Numbered from the stretch's first letter, positions 1 through 13,349 are shown. The stretch is DNA of 64,000 bases from Caecitellus pseudoparvulus (GCA_965644315.1 CBFFRQ010000024.1:1-64000), one strand, 5' to 3'. Numbers and translations: made by a program. Notes: generated by a model not told the origin, from the letters alone.

Positions 1-2444
1 AAACCTCTGTAGAGGCTCCGCCGGATCCAGCCTGGTATCCTCTTCCTGGAAAGGGTGACAGCGCAGACCTGTGTGCTTGCAGGTCCAAAATCCGCTGACC
101 AAGCTCAAGGTCTGAGGGGCGACTTGCCGTTTGCGTGGCAAACTCAGCGGTCCAAAATCCACTTGCACTCGGAGACGGGCTGACACACGCGCCGCCCTGC
201 GTCGTGAGCACGCTCTGCAGCTGGCAGCTCCAGGAAGGGAAAAAGTGCCACGGGGGCAAAGTTGAGCAGGGCTGGCCTGAACGGCGAGCTGCATGGCAAA
301 TGACCCTGCAAGGCACTGGTGACAGTCCCCTGGGGAGAGACCCTCTTTGGAAGCATCAGCTCCGGGAGACACTCCCCACCCAGGCAAGCACGTGCAGCCA
401 AGAGAGCTCTCAGACGGGGCAAGGCCGGCGCCGGAACAGTTTTGAGGGACAGCTGCGAGCTGGGTGATCCCCAGCCCTTGCTGCAGTGGGGCTCCGCGAA
501 GCACCGGCATGGCAAGGCCTACAGTGGGCTCTGTCTGCTCTGCAAACACTCTGCCACCTGGTAGACTGTAGGAGTACATCAGCTGCTGCCACACTTCCTC
601 GAACTGGAGAGCCAGGCGGGAGGTACAGCCGCAACTCTGAACCAGGATTCATGCCTGTTCGGGAAAGTGCTGCACCGATGCTGTCCCTTTCACGAACGAG
701 GAGCGAGTACTGCTGCTCAAGCCCGCTGTAAACCGCCAGGTGTTGCAGTGGCGCCGTAGTACTTGCTGGCCCTCGTGCATCGCACAAATTCCCTTGCACT
801 GTAACGTTTGACAGACCACTTGATGGGAGCCCTCGTTCCACCCTGCACAGACAGCTCAGCCCTGCTCTGCATCTCACCTGCAGAGCCCTCCACGTTCAGC
901 ACAGCCTTTCTTGCACGACTCCACAGGGAATATTCAAAGAGGAGTCGGCCGCTTCACATGGCTCGCGGCATGCTGGAGCACTGACTGACACCAGCTCGTG
1001 ATTGGGGCCGCTGGAGCAGTTGGGGGCTCGTGTGCACAGCGAGCCAAGCCGAGTCAGGAGCTGCAAGCCGGCGACGTAACTTGCCAAGACAGAAAGACAG
1101 CCAAGCTTGTCGTCCCAGGTCGCCTTCCCTGATTCGTAATTGTGAGGACGGCAACACTGCAACTGCAGCCACAGTGCGCACTGTCAAGTGCACTATCTGC
1201 GACACGACGCTGGTGGCCGCAGCGCCTCAGCGGGCCAACTTCGAACATGGAAGCTGGCCAGGAAGTCGGCCGCGACACTGGAACTCGCAAGGGAGGCTTC
1301 CATGTGGATCACGAGGCGTACACCTTGGCCTGGGAGCAGCTGGCCTGTTAGGCCGACGGAAGTGGACAGGTCGCCAACTGATGTGGCGATGTGTCGTAGC
1401 AGGCCCACGCTGGAGGCAACCCCCAGACCGCACACCGCACCAGGCACACACACTGCAACCCAGGGAACGGGGTTGACACTGAGGTCAATGCCCAAGATGT
1501 GACCGCCGGGCCATCATTGCGCATGCGTCAATGCTCCTGTTCGCCGTCGGGAGGCTTCGCTGTTGACGCCGAATGAAACGTTTGTAGCCCTCTGCACCAC
1601 GGTAACTCTGAAAGGGGACGACGACGAGTTCTGAACTTGCACCCACGCATGGCTTTGCAAGGAAACGTTGCCGGAGAGGGGCACGCCGTGGAGCAGCAGA
1701 GTGCCACGGTGCGTTCCTGGCCGCAAAGCTGCAGCTGAAAACGACAGTCGCAATGACAAGGTTGTAAGGGGCAGAAAAACAACGGTTCTGGCCCAATGAC
1801 GCCGTGAACCATGTGGATACTCGTCGGCGTCGTGTGTCAGAGATACGCCTCGCAGGCGTGGTGCTTGTAGCTGCACCACTACTTCTTGCTTGGCAGCGCA
1901 AGCAACGGCGTCGTATGCTGGGCACGAAAACTCCACACGGTGTGGGTACACGCCCAGCACTGTTGTGCTGCCCAACTTCTCAGCTTCACAAGCCGCAGGA
2001 GAGAGGCTGCTGCAGTTGGAGCTCAGAGCGGCAAATCCAGCCCGCTGCTCGGCACCGCTCTTGCCGGCACCTCCAGCCCCGCATGCACCTGTAGCACAAG
2101 CTCTGGAGTATGGGATGCGTTGCGTTTCCCAACGTAACCACAAGCCCGATGGCCTGCTGCGCGGGCACTGCGGGAACGCCTGCTTGGGCAGCAGCTCCCG
2201 CTGCATCACGAGCTGCCCCTCCAAGCAGCCTGACAAGCGCACAGCATGAGACGGGACAGACCACCACAGACCAAGGTCTTGCAGGGAGCCCAACCAGTGT
2301 GCGATGCCCCTGTGCATGCAACGTCTACATGCCGGGCTTCGCCCAGCAGCGACAAGGGCACGTGAAAAAAGGTTGCCGACGAGAGTGCCGTCACGGGCTG
2401 TGGGAAGAAGCAAGGCCGCTGGCAACCGCGGCATGACAACCATG
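1..2444 (-). CDS. Possible large hypothetical protein broken into several frames, running off the left end
   Basis: A chain of minus-strand ORF fragments (144-515, 410-877, 896-1162, 1193-1495, 1514-2602) has protein-like composition and a hydrophobic start (MVVMPRLPAALLLP). No domain is recognised and the region is error-rich. Confidence 0.3.
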
Positions 2445-3801
2445 GACCCTTCCAATCCAAGCTTCTGTGTCGGCCTACCCTGCAAGGCTCCCGTGATGCG
2501 TTGGCCAAGGATGCAGGCAAGCCAAAGTCGCAGCTCTGCCCTGCAGCCAGCACACGGAAGGGCAGCTAAATTGAATACGAAACCCAAGACAAACACCCAC
2601 ACGTGTACAGGCTTGGCTGGAGGACCGCTGCTTGGTTGACTTCATCGCGCTGCAGCTTCTGTGGGCTGTGGCTGCTGCAAGCGAACCGGCGATGCGAGGC
2701 GTAACCGCGCCGAAACGCCAGCGACACCCGCCTGCACCGACGCGGCTGCGCCTCGGCGGAGCGCCACCTGATGCTAAAATCCAGGGAAACAGCAAGGAGT
2801 GTGTCAGCTGTCCCCGGGCCAGAGTCAGGACGGTGCTGGCACGCGGAGCAACACGCGTGTCTGGTGTCGAGCACCTCGGCAAGTCGCGAAGCCCCGGTGA
2901 GAGTATGTCAGCCCACACTGTGGAACCATCACATGCTGGAACAAGCGTCCTGCATACTTGAGGTAACTTTGTCATGCCGTGATTATTTCTGATTGTGCTT
3001 CTTCGTTGGAGCCGGCGCCGGGCAGAGCTTGGCGACGATGAATGCCACACCCGCTGCTCGCTGTGGTAAGGGTGGCAGTCCATGGCAAACCAGACAACCA
3101 GCTTGATTTTTGCAGCATGTGATTCAACTATAGGCGGTGTGCTGTGCAGGCAACAGAGGCGCACGTGTCATTCACCAACGACGCTGCCGGGGAATTAAGT
3201 CGGAGAACCGAAGATCAGCTCCCCATCTTCGGAGCCTGGAGCAAGGCCAAGGTAACGCATGCTGCCACAATCAATGTAAATGAGGCTGAAGCGCCTCTGT
3301 GTCCTCCCAAACCTTTGTACGTGCGGCAAAGATGTGGATCGGTCATCCTCCACGGCAACCACCCACAATACAAACACCAACGTCGGCACCTGGCATGAGA
3401 CCTACCGCAGCATGGTTAGGACACGCTTTGAACCATTGCCCGCAGGTCTGCCAGTTTTCATGGGGGGTCCGACGAGTTCGAGGCTGCCTCGCGTGCATAC
3501 TGGCGAGAGCGGCACCGAGCCGTGCAGCACCTGTCTGACAGCCAGTACTTGCTGGCACACATGGTCAGACTGCCCCTGTATTTATGGGAAACTGCAGTAC
3601 CCAGACGGGTGCCGTTATTGTGGCTGACATGTTGCACGAAGCTGCCTAAAGTGGGGCTCCGCGCAGCGTGAGTTTCCGCGGCGTTTCAGGCGGATGGCCA
3701 CACCCCTGTCACTTGTGCTCCCCACCTCCACAGCTCCATTGGCGAGCGGATCAAAGCATCTGGGCCTGTGGGCGTGCGGACTGCACTGCGCATGGCAGGC
3801 C

Positions 3802-6800
3802 TCACAAGAGCAATAAGCCACAGAGCAGGTCGAAGCACCCTGCGGGTGGGTGAGCGATGCCGAAGTTGACCCATACGATGGCCTGGGCCGTCTCACAGTG
3901 CTGCGGGCAGTAGCTGGGCTTGCAGCAGGGGCGGCCGTCGCTGCGGTTGGAAAACACGGTTCTTCGTTCTTCATTCCGCTGCCCGTGCAGCGCGGCACCC
4001 GAAACATGTGTACGTGGGAGCCTGGTCCTCGCCGGTGGCTTCTGGGGGCATGAGCGGCACAGCGCACGTTGCCAGCGTGTCCCTGAACGCCAGAGCAGCA
4101 TGGGGTGAGGCGCTTGGCGGAGCAGCGCCAGCCGACTTGAAGGCCCAAGTGGCCGCCTCTGCCGCCCAGGCGCGGAAGGGGGAGAAGACAGGCGACGCCA
4201 AGTTGGGCAATGCACTCACTTTGCAGCCCCTGCTGGCGGCTGCCTTGTGCTTGCCCTTCTGCTTCAGCAAGCCTCGGTGCCACAGCTCACTGCGTGCGTG
4301 CAGTGCGGCTTGCTGGGCGCGCTCGTTCGCCGCCCTGCGACCGGCAATCAGCGCAGCCAGCGTCGCTCGCAGGTGCTTCAGCTTCACCCGCACATGCTGC
4401 TGTTGCCAGCCGCCCCTGTGTCACCCGCCACCTGCATCCAGTAATCCAGGCTGCCCCCTGCAGCCACGGTAGCCAATGCTGCGCCGGGCCACCTGCCGCA
4501 CTGGCGAACTCCAGGACACTGGTGGTGGGCGGTGAGAAAACAGTGTTGGCCAGTCCGCCGCCGCCCACACCCACCACGACGTCAGCCAGCTGGAACATGC
4601 GCAGAACGGCGGCCAGGGCGCCGCCGCCACGTCCACCTCCACGATCGTCATGTCCACCACGGGCACCGCGCCAAGGAGCCGTTGAACTGCGACCCGTCCA
4701 CACGAGGCGTCAGGAGCGTGCCCCCTTCATGTGCAGCCTTGCTGGCATGGACGGCAGCTGCTCGCCGCTTGGCCAGCGCGCCTTGGGCCGCCTCCTCCTG
4801 CTCAGCAGCAGCTGCGCGCAGGAGGCCAGTCTCGGCAGCCACCTGCATGTCGTCGGCTTGCCACCGCTGGCCAATCATGGGGTGAGTCATCTGGGCGAGC
4901 GTGTCGGAGTCACTGGCGCCAACGGACATGACGACGGCAGGCGAGCCAGTGCGCTGGCCTCCCATGCCGCCGTGGTGCGTTTCCTCCACAGCCTCCTGGA
5001 AAAACGCCTTGAGGTGGCAGCGCATCACCTGCTCGGGCTTGGCTAGCGCCCTCCCCTGTGTCCACACACGTTTCTCTGAGAAGGTCCAGACCACGTTGCG
5101 AATGGGGGGCACGCCAACACCGTCCCATTATCCCACAGAAAAGGACTGCCAGCCGCTAGCCTGCCAGCGGGGCTCCTCCCACTCCCCCGTTCTGCTGGTC
5201 AGCGCTGCCTGCCTTGGCGCGCCTGCATGTCGGCCGCGTTTCTTCCACTTGCGCCGGCGGCGTGGACGGACGCGCTTCCTCGTCACTTGGCCTCCGCTGC
5301 CCTGCGCACTTCTTGCGTCGTGTCCAGAGCATGCTCCGGCTGGGCTTGGGCACCAGCAACCCCGCAAGTGGCGGCGCACGAGCTGCAGGAGTGCTCGGGC
5401 AACGGGGGCGGCACGCGCACATCCTCCGAAGCTTTGCCCCACCACCCTCCACGCCCGCCGCCAGCAGGGACGGTTTCACTTCCCCTGCGTTTCAGTTGCG
5501 GAGCGTCCACGCAAGCCTACCTGGGACAGTGGCAGCTTGCCCTGCAGCCGAGGCTCCCACACAGCAGCCAGAGCACGACGAGATGCGATGGACTCGCTGG
5601 CGTTGAAGGGCGGTGGCAGGGTCAGCCTGTCAGCAGCAGACAGCACTGTTTCTGCGGTCGCCATCACCTCCTGACACATGGCGCTTCGGGGACAGCTCCC
5701 AGCCCCGTTGGCGCCCGGTGTGGCGTGGTCTCATGTGCCCACGAACAGCTTGTCGTACGCAACGACAGTGTGGTGGGGGTGCACGAGCACCATGTGCCCA
5801 ACGCCAATACGCAGCATGTCAGCGAACGCACCCACGTACGGCGCCCCGGCTCGCAGGAGAATAAGCATGTCAGGCAAGTCTGCCATGGAGGCGTGCCCTG
5901 CGCCAGAGGCACGGTTCTTCAACTGTTCAGTGACCAGCATGAAACGCGGCAGCACCTGCGTCACCCACGCAGTGTACGTGTCTTGCCCAGGCTGGATTAG
6001 GACAGGCCCACTGGCACTCGAACCACTTGCTTTGCGGGTGGCGCCATGCCGCCTGTGCCTGCATCGCCGTGAAAGTGCCGAGCCATGTGGCTGACCGAGC
6101 CCGCATCCACTGCGAAGACGGTCTTGTCATCGTACACAATGCCTGCTGCCCCTTCTACAAACACGTCTTCGAACTCGAGAAAGTGCATCTCGCCCTCCCA
6201 GAACCGACCCGTGACACACCCCGCATTCGGCCCGAACTGGTACGAAGCAGGCAGCTGTGCGTACGTGCCGAGGGCTGAGCCAGTGGCGAGGCTCCTTCCG
6301 CTGCGGTGTGCCGAAAGACGCCGCACCCGCCACACGCCCTGTCCACGATTGTGCTGAAGCGGACGCCTCAGGCACGAACTGCGGCAGGAAGGAGCCATAG
6401 GGCTCGCCCCAGTAGAAAAGGGCCCGCCGCTCAACCCCCCCTCCGCATCCCACTCCGCAGCGGTGTCCGCCAGACTGGACATGTGGGCAGTGACGTTGGT
6501 GACGAGTCTTCGCCTCCGCACCGCACGCCCTTCGCCCTGTGCAGCATCAGGCCACGTGGCGCGTGGGCCCATGTCTGCAACTGTTTGAGCCAGGCGCCTT
6601 GGGCCACCCACGCTCCCGCTGCTCCCATCGTCAGCCGCCTGCCAAGGTTTGCCAGTGCTGAGCGCGACATCCTGAGACTCCACGACACCCCCGTGCCCTG
6701 GAAGCCTTGCGTGCGGCGTGGAAGCGATGCCTGCAGGCGCCACCGCTGCAACACCTTGCTCTGTGCCAGGGCCAGTGCTGGGGCAGCGGCGTCCCATCCC

Positions 6801-7610
6801 CCCACCGCCTGCAACTGCTCACCCAGCGCCGCTAGCGTGCGCCCCTCCCAAACGAGGCGCTCCATGGCCTGAAGGCGCTGGGAGGCGGAGCTGACGTTAC
6901 AAAGCACTGCAGTTTGCGCCACACCTGCCTCCCGCACGGCTCGAGCGTGCTCGCGCTTCCTCGCCTCCTTGCCACCCAGGGCCTGAGCGGCCGAACCCTG
7001 CAGAGCCAGAGCGAAGGCCTTGCCCGGGAAGGCTCCACAGGCCCGCACAGCATCTAGCGCTGCGCTGTACTGTGCCTCCACACCTGGGTTCAAGTCCCCA
7101 TGTCTGGAAAAAGCGCGGTGGGGCGTGCGCAGCTGCCGCCAAGGCGCCTCCGCAGGGAGTGCTGCTGTCCACGCCGATCCACGTGGGCAGCTCAACCGCT
7201 GCCTCCCCTGCCGCTAGCACCAGAGCAAGAGCTTCCAAGCACCGCCCTGAACACCTTCATACCCATCATGAATATCGGTGATTCGGCTCTTGAGTCGGCA
7301 AATCCTCCTGTGCTGATGCAACCGACCATTTCTTCAGCGACCTTGCGGAAATCGGGCAGACGATGGCTCCCAACGAAATAGCCAGGGGAACGAGAGAACA
7401 GGCACAGAAGTGCCCAAGTACGGATGTGGGACAATACATCAGGTACATGTCAGCTTTCACGTGCTTCGAATTTTTACTTCCTCGCTGCGCGAGTTCGAGC
7501 CTGGGCGCGAGGTGCTGGACAAGACGCAGCACAGCACAGACCTCGAGGAATAAAAACTGGTTGAAAGCGAGCCCTGTGGAATGCACAGTGGCGTTTTCAA
7601 GAGCATGCAA
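3802..7610 (-). CDS. Glycosyltransferase family 61 (DUF563/EOGT-like) domain protein with a long N-terminal region; frameshifted in this assembly, ends approximate
   Basis: Motifs across frames: FLEFEDVFVEG..GIVYD (5997-6797 ORF), LIQPGQDTYTAWVTQVLPRF (~5940-6000, like NYxHWxxDxLPR), GRALAKPEQV, and LRMFQLADVVVGVGGGGLANTVFSPPTTSVLEF (~4500-4610, like F..ADVVVGxHGAGLxN.xF). Confidence 0.6.
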
Positions 7611-7924
7611 GGGTCAGCTGCGGCGTACTCCCCGACGCGCGCCTCCGTCCCACTCACACCCAGCCTCCTTTTTTTTGACCCGGCCGCATCAGTGAAACTG
7701 CACCCGATTCGACGCACAGCTGTGACGCCTGCTCCCGCGAGAGCCGCCCTGCATTTACACCCACTCGGCGCCTGCTACTGCCACCACCTCTGCCACGTGC
7801 GCCTTCCAAGGGGCTGCCTGGCTGCGGAGCAACTGCAGTCGTATGCGGCGAGTGCGAGACCTGCTCTGCCACGGCTGCACACCTGTTCGAACTCTGCGGT
7901 TAGACGCCTCTGCCCTTCTCAAAC

Positions 7925-9028
7925 ATGAACAAGTATGAAGTGCTGGGCATTGTCGGGGAAGGAGGCCGAGCGCGTCGTGCTGCGGTGCTACGCAACAAGG
8001 TGAGGCCTGGCTCGTGAGCGGAAATTGCACATCGTGCGGGCGCCGGGAAGGCGACGTGGGCACCAGCTCCTGCACGGCGTGCCCTCAACATCGGCCGAAA
8101 CGTCCGAAACCATTGCAATCAAGAAGCCCAAAGAGAGCGAGGGTGCGTGCTCCGTCGAAGCTCCGCAGGAGCTGGCCCTGCACACTCCACCCGCTGGACG
8201 CCGACGATGTGTGCGCAAGACCACGCTGCGGGAGGTGAAGATCCCGCGGCAGCTGCGCCACCCCTGCATCGTGTCCCTGCAAGAAGCCTTCCGGCGCAAG
8301 GGCAAGCTGTACTTGGTCTTCGTGGAGCGGAACTTGCTGGAGTTGCTGGAGGCGCACCCGGGGCGGCCTGAGCCAGCAACAAGTGCAAACCTTCATCTTC
8401 CAGCTGTGCATGGCCATTGACTGGCGCCACTCGCACCGCGTCATCCACCGCGACATCAAGTCCGGAGAACCCGCTCGTGGACGCCGGTGCAGGCACCCTG
8501 GAAGCTGTGTGACTTTGGGTTCGGGCGGCGCTACCCCGCCCAGCAAACCTCCCTCGCGCCAAGGCACCGACTAGCCTGCGTCGCCACAAGGTGGTACTCG
8601 GGCGCCGGAGCTGCTGCTGGGCAGCACAGACTACACCACTGCCGGGGATATTCAAGCGCATTCGGTTGCATTATGGGGGAACTGGCAGACGGGCAGCCAT
8701 CGTTCCCCGGTGACTCGGACGCCGACCAGCGGCACGTGATCCAGCGGGGCAGTCGGGCCCACGACTTCCGCCCAGATGCGGCGGCCTGAAGGCCAAGCGC
8801 CTCCGCAGGCGTGAAGTTCCCCGACATCTCCCGCTCGGCGTCCCTTGCGGAGAACACAGTGCCAGCGCCATGCCGCCGCCCGCTGGCGTGGACTTTCATG
8901 CGGGACTGTCTGCGTATGGACCCCGCCCGACGCCTCACGGCACGGCAGGCCAGTGCCGCGTCCCTCTCTTCAGCGGGCTGCCTGAGGCGCCTCGGGTGGG
9001 AACCGTACGAACCCGACTCCCCAAACAG

Positions 9029-9060
<32 letters not shown>

Positions 9061-10400
9061 AGCAGCACCGGCAGCAAGCCGAGGTAGCACCAGCACAGCG
9101 ACAGGAGGCCAGCGGACGAGCAAGCGAAGTGGCATTCCTGAGGGAGCGGGGGGCATGCCCCCTCTGCTGTGGCACGCCACACACCGTCAGAAGTGGGGTG
9201 GGGCCACACCCAGGCTGCCCGGGGTGGTACTGGTTCGCGGGGGCGGCCACCGAGCGCCGGAACACGACGAAGTGGCTAGGGCCGGATGCCAGCGGAGGGC
9301 GGGGCGGCATCCGGAACACCATGCAGACGCTGGGCGTGGGGCAGTGAGGGGACGGCATGCCAGCTCGCATGGCGCGTCTCGGGCTGGCAGCAGGGGCGGG
9401 CGGGTCCGGCTGTGCTGCGGTCCCTGTCGCGGGGGGGGCACCGCAGCGGGGGAGGGGGGGTGACGGCCTGCACATGATGGGCGTGATGGGTGCCGAGCCA
9501 ACACCCAGCAGTGTTCCGCATGCATCTCCCCCCGCGGCCACCCACGCCAGCGAGGGCAAGGACTCCCCGGATGGCGTGAAGACGAGCTGAGGGAGGGAGA
9601 GCAAGCAGCCCCGCGATGATGCCGGCGCAGCCCCTGCAGCGCCAGCCCCCGCCCAGCCGCGCCGTGTTATCCCCCTGCAGGCGTCTGGACCAGACCCCGC
9701 CAACCGCACACCCAGCAAGCTGGGCATGTACGGCGCCGCTGCGCGGGCAGGAGGCGGCGGCGGCGGCGGCGACGTGTCTGGTCACACCTCCTCGCGTGCC
9801 AGTCGTACGACGCGGCTCTCGCAGGCGGCGGCAAGCGAAGTCCCGCCCCGCCACACGCGCCACGCCACACCGCAAAGCAGCAAGGGCGCCGAGCGCCACT
9901 CTTCCAGGAGGCACCGGCGCTGGAGCCGCACCGCGGCACGGGCCCCGCCTCCTCCATGTACAGACCAGGTACCAGGGGCGACGGGGGACACGTCCAGGCG
10001 CCAGCGTGTGCCCAACGCACGCCATGCGTTGCCTGGGCCCGTGCACGCGGCCGGTCGCGTGCCGGGTCGCGGTCGCGAACAGCGGCACGTCGCAGCGCCG
10101 ACCCCGGAGCGGCCTGGGGCAACCTACTCACCGCCCTGGCCAGCAGCTGGGCAAAGCTCTGCCACTGCTGTGGCGCAAGCTCGCGCTGATGCGGCAGGCT
10201 CACGGTCCAGCGGCGTGCAGTTGCCAGGCGGGCCGCTGGCGGATATACCCTCCTTTCACCAGCGCTCAGCGGCTGCAGGGGCCCCCTTGCAGCCGCTGGG
10301 CTCTGTGCCTGAAGCCCAGATTCCCGAACAGAGCTTCCGCGAAGAGTCAGCTCCCACGCGGCGCCGCTGCCGGGGTTTGGGCGCAGCGGCACACCACAAG
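7925..10400 (+). CDS. CDKL: Cyclin-dependent kinase-like (CDKL family) Ser/Thr kinase; kinase domain ~7925-8960 followed by a low-complexity tail; many indels and substitutions; 3' end uncertain
   Basis: Starts MNKYEVLGIVGEG at 7925. Also AIKKxKESE, RKTTLREVKI, LQEAFRRKGKLYLVF, HRVIHRDIK, KLCDFGF, VATRWY, GCIMGELADGQPxFPGDS. GT donors follow ..RNK (gtgag) and ..ESE (gtgcgt). Confidence 0.85.
9030..9065 (+). repeat. 12-bp tandem repeat x3 (cagctccagcac), coding microsatellite in the CDKL tail
   Basis: cagctccagcac-cagctccagcac-cagctccagcag read directly. Confidence 0.9.
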
Positions 10401-10604
10401 CAGAGCGCTGACTCCCCAGTGCACGCAGCAAATTCACTCACTCACCAAAACAAACCCGTTCAGCACCTTCCACTGCATGCCACATGCACCAGCCGACCCC
10501 TCTCGCCGCCTGCGCAAGTCGCTTGCGCCGCCGAGGCCACACCTTGCCACTGCACAACGTCCACAGCCACACCAGCCGGCGGCGGCCCGCCAACAGCAGC
10601 ATGC

Positions 10605-12083
10605 ATGAGGTACCTCCCAGAAATGGTGGACTTGGCGGGCATACGCCGAGCGCCACCTGTCCCAGGAAAACCAAAACCCGCGCCAGGAAGTGGCAGGCTC
10701 TGGTGCATCGGGGAGCAGCACCTGCGGGAGCTCATTTCAGCCGCCAGCACGCCGGCGCCGCCTGCGCAGGTGGCCGACGCCATGGCCCCCGATACAGACC
10801 CCCAGCAAGAACGCTTGGCGAACTTCATGCGCCTGGTGCAGCTGCTGCCGCCCCGCATCGCAAGTCAGCCGTGATATGGGTGACGGCGTCGAGCGCGGCC
10901 GCTGGCGACCTCGCCACCACTGCACCTGCCACCGAGGGCACAGACTCAGCGCAGGGCGGTGAGCCTGCGCAAGAGGCCATCTCTAGCTCAGTTAGACGAA
11001 GACCCGGCTGAAATCCCCCGACATTACGCAGCAGGCAGCGCTGCGCGAACACATCGTCTGCCTCAGGCACCAGATCGAGGAGCAGGAGTCAGAGATCTTC
11101 CTCTTGCGCTGTGACCTGCAGCAGCCCCTGCCTCAGGCCCAGCCCTCGGGGCCAACACAGGCACAGCCTTCGTCCGGTGCCGAGGAGGCCCCGCCTGCGT
11201 GGGCCCAGGCGCTCCTGGCAGGCATGCAGAGTTCCCTCGCAGCAGGTGCAGGCGCAGGGTGCAGAAGACCATCCAGCGCCTGGCAGCGCAGCAGGGTGCG
11301 ACGCCTCGCCCCAGCGGCGCCAGGGGATACCTCCCAGGCAGCACAAACCCTGGGCACGTCCATGACCACGCCACAGCAACCAGATGCCCCACAGACCTCC
11401 GCCGACGCCGGCCAGCTCAGCACTCTGCAGCACACTGTGAACCACGGCATGCGGAAGTTGAAGGAGGGCCTGGGCGCATTGGCGCAGATGTGGACCATCA
11501 AGGGCCGGTTGACCGCCCCCTACCACGCGCACAGCATAGTGCAGCCCCACGAACCCGTGCCAGTGCCAGTGCCTGCCTTGCCACCCGGAGCCGCAACAGC
11601 CCTCCAGGCATGGCACAGGGGGGCCGCGTGTCACCAGCCAGCGTGGGCCCACCACCTCCACCCCAGCCGGCCTCCCTGGACCCTCAGGCCCTGCATGGCA
11701 TCCTGCGCCGCGTTGTGAGCGCCACCAGCCGGGTGCAAGACAAGCACCGCTCAGGCGAACTGCCCTCCCCAGCCCACCCTCGCTCAGCAGGCTCCACGTC
11801 AGCCACACACGGCACCAGCCGTGGCACGCCCACGGCGCAAGGCAGGGCTGATGCCGGCGCCCACCCCAGTCCCATCGAGCGGCAGGGACGGTTCGTGGAC
11901 CGCGTCGCAGTTGCCGCGGCGGCCACACGGGCCACCGACGCGCCACCCAGCACCAGTGCTGACTACGAGGCCCGCCTGCGAGAAAAGGCCACTCGGGGGG
12001 CCAAGGCGGCAGGGCTGCGGCGCCGGCGGCGAGGTTCGCAGACCTCCACAGACCGCTCCGAGAGCAAGGCTGGCAGCCTGTGA
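10605..12083 (+). CDS. Hypothetical low-complexity/coiled-coil protein (frameshifted; start uncertain)
   Basis: Overlapping ORF fragments (MRYLPEMVDLAG..QERLANFMRLVQLLP, LQHTVNHGMRKLKEGL, DYEARLREKATRG..KAGSL*) end at the TGA at 12083. Confidence 0.4.
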
Positions 12084-12171
12084 CACGCCTGCGCCAAACC
12101 ACTCACGCCGTGTACACAACCCCCACACTGCCGTCCAAAGCCCCTGTATTTCTCCCCTCTCCGCCATAGCC

Positions 12172-13349
12172 ATGGTCTCCACTCGCAGCCGCAGCAGCGG
12201 CCGCCGCCGCGCCGCCCAGTCCCCTGAGCCGCAGGCTGCGCCATCTTCGCCTGACTCCGTCGCACCTCCTGACCATGCCAACGAGCCTGAGGCTGGACCA
12301 ATGGATGCCACTGACTTGCTGCGTGCCATCTTCGAAGCCCATGATGCAGATGGCAACGGCGTGCTGAGCCTCAGCGAGCTGGCAGTGGTGAGGGCCCTTC
12401 GCTGGTCGCGTTCAAACGAATTTCCGCAACACAACCGCCACGCCCACCGCACAGGCGTTTGCCGCTGCTGGCGTGCCCCGGAGCTACATGGAAGTGCGCG
12501 AACTCCTGGAAGACGCCGACACTGACCACAGGTTCGTTACTGTGCCGCTGTCCTCCTACATGCCTGCGCAAGGGCTTGCCATGCTGCACTCTCCGCTCGC
12601 TTCGCCTGGCACAGCGGCGACTTGGATTTCGAGGAATTCCTGAAGGCAGTGCGGGAAGCCGGCCCCGCCTCTCCCCAAGGCGTCCTTGGGTACATCTGAC
12701 TCCCAAGGCCACGCCGAGCGCGAGGCAGTTGTGCGGGCTGAAGCCTCCCTTTCTCGCGTGCTGGCCCCACTGCACACTCAGGCGCACAAGGACGCACTGC
12801 TCATGGCCGAGGGCGATCCGACCCGCTACATCGCCCTGCCCGGCACAGACATCGCAGTGCCCCTCGGCCACCCCCGGCTCGCGCATCTTGGGCCGGACGC
12901 TGTCGCTGCTGGTGCTTCTGGCAGCCAGCGTGGCTGCGGCCGCGCTGACGGCCGCCACAGCCGGCACAGTGGCTGCCGCTGTCCACCTGTACAACTGCCC
13001 GTCTGTGGACATCTCCCTGGCTGTCCTGGCAGGTCTCGCCGGAGGGGGGCACATGCGCTGGGCGCTGTTGGGGGTGCGCCCTGCTTGGGCCCCTCGCTTT
13101 CGCCTCCTTCCCCGCCCTGCGCCGAGGCAAGACGGTGGCGGCCTGGCTGGCCGGCAACACCGTCATCGTGGCATCCACAGGGCGGCCCCTGCACCCCCTC
13201 CTCACCATGCTGCGGGAGTCCGCGCGGCGACGTGCCTGCCTCTGGACTTGGGCTTTGCGCTGTGTGTGTCTCCCTCTGGCCAGCGCCTCGTGGACTACTT
13301 GTTGGGCACGCAGGTCGTGGCTGACGTCACGGCGGATGTGGCGGCCTGA
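12172..13349 (+). CDS. EF-hand pair fused to an RDD-like transmembrane domain
   Basis: gccATG at 12172. EF loop IFEAHDADGNGVLSLSEL. A second loop ELLEDADTDH/SGDLDFEEFL is split by an intron. Then GSRILGRTLSLLVLLA (TM), WLAGNTVIVASTGRPLHPLLTMLRE and SPSGQRLVDYLLGTQVV (RDD C-terminal QRLHD..AGTxVV). Several frameshifts are needed. Confidence 0.6.

Noticed and set aside
2632-3630. Possible plus-strand gene ending ..YGKLQYPDGCRYCG*
   Set aside because: Only short ORF fragments with no recognisable motif, in the error-rich zone. I could not build a supportable model.
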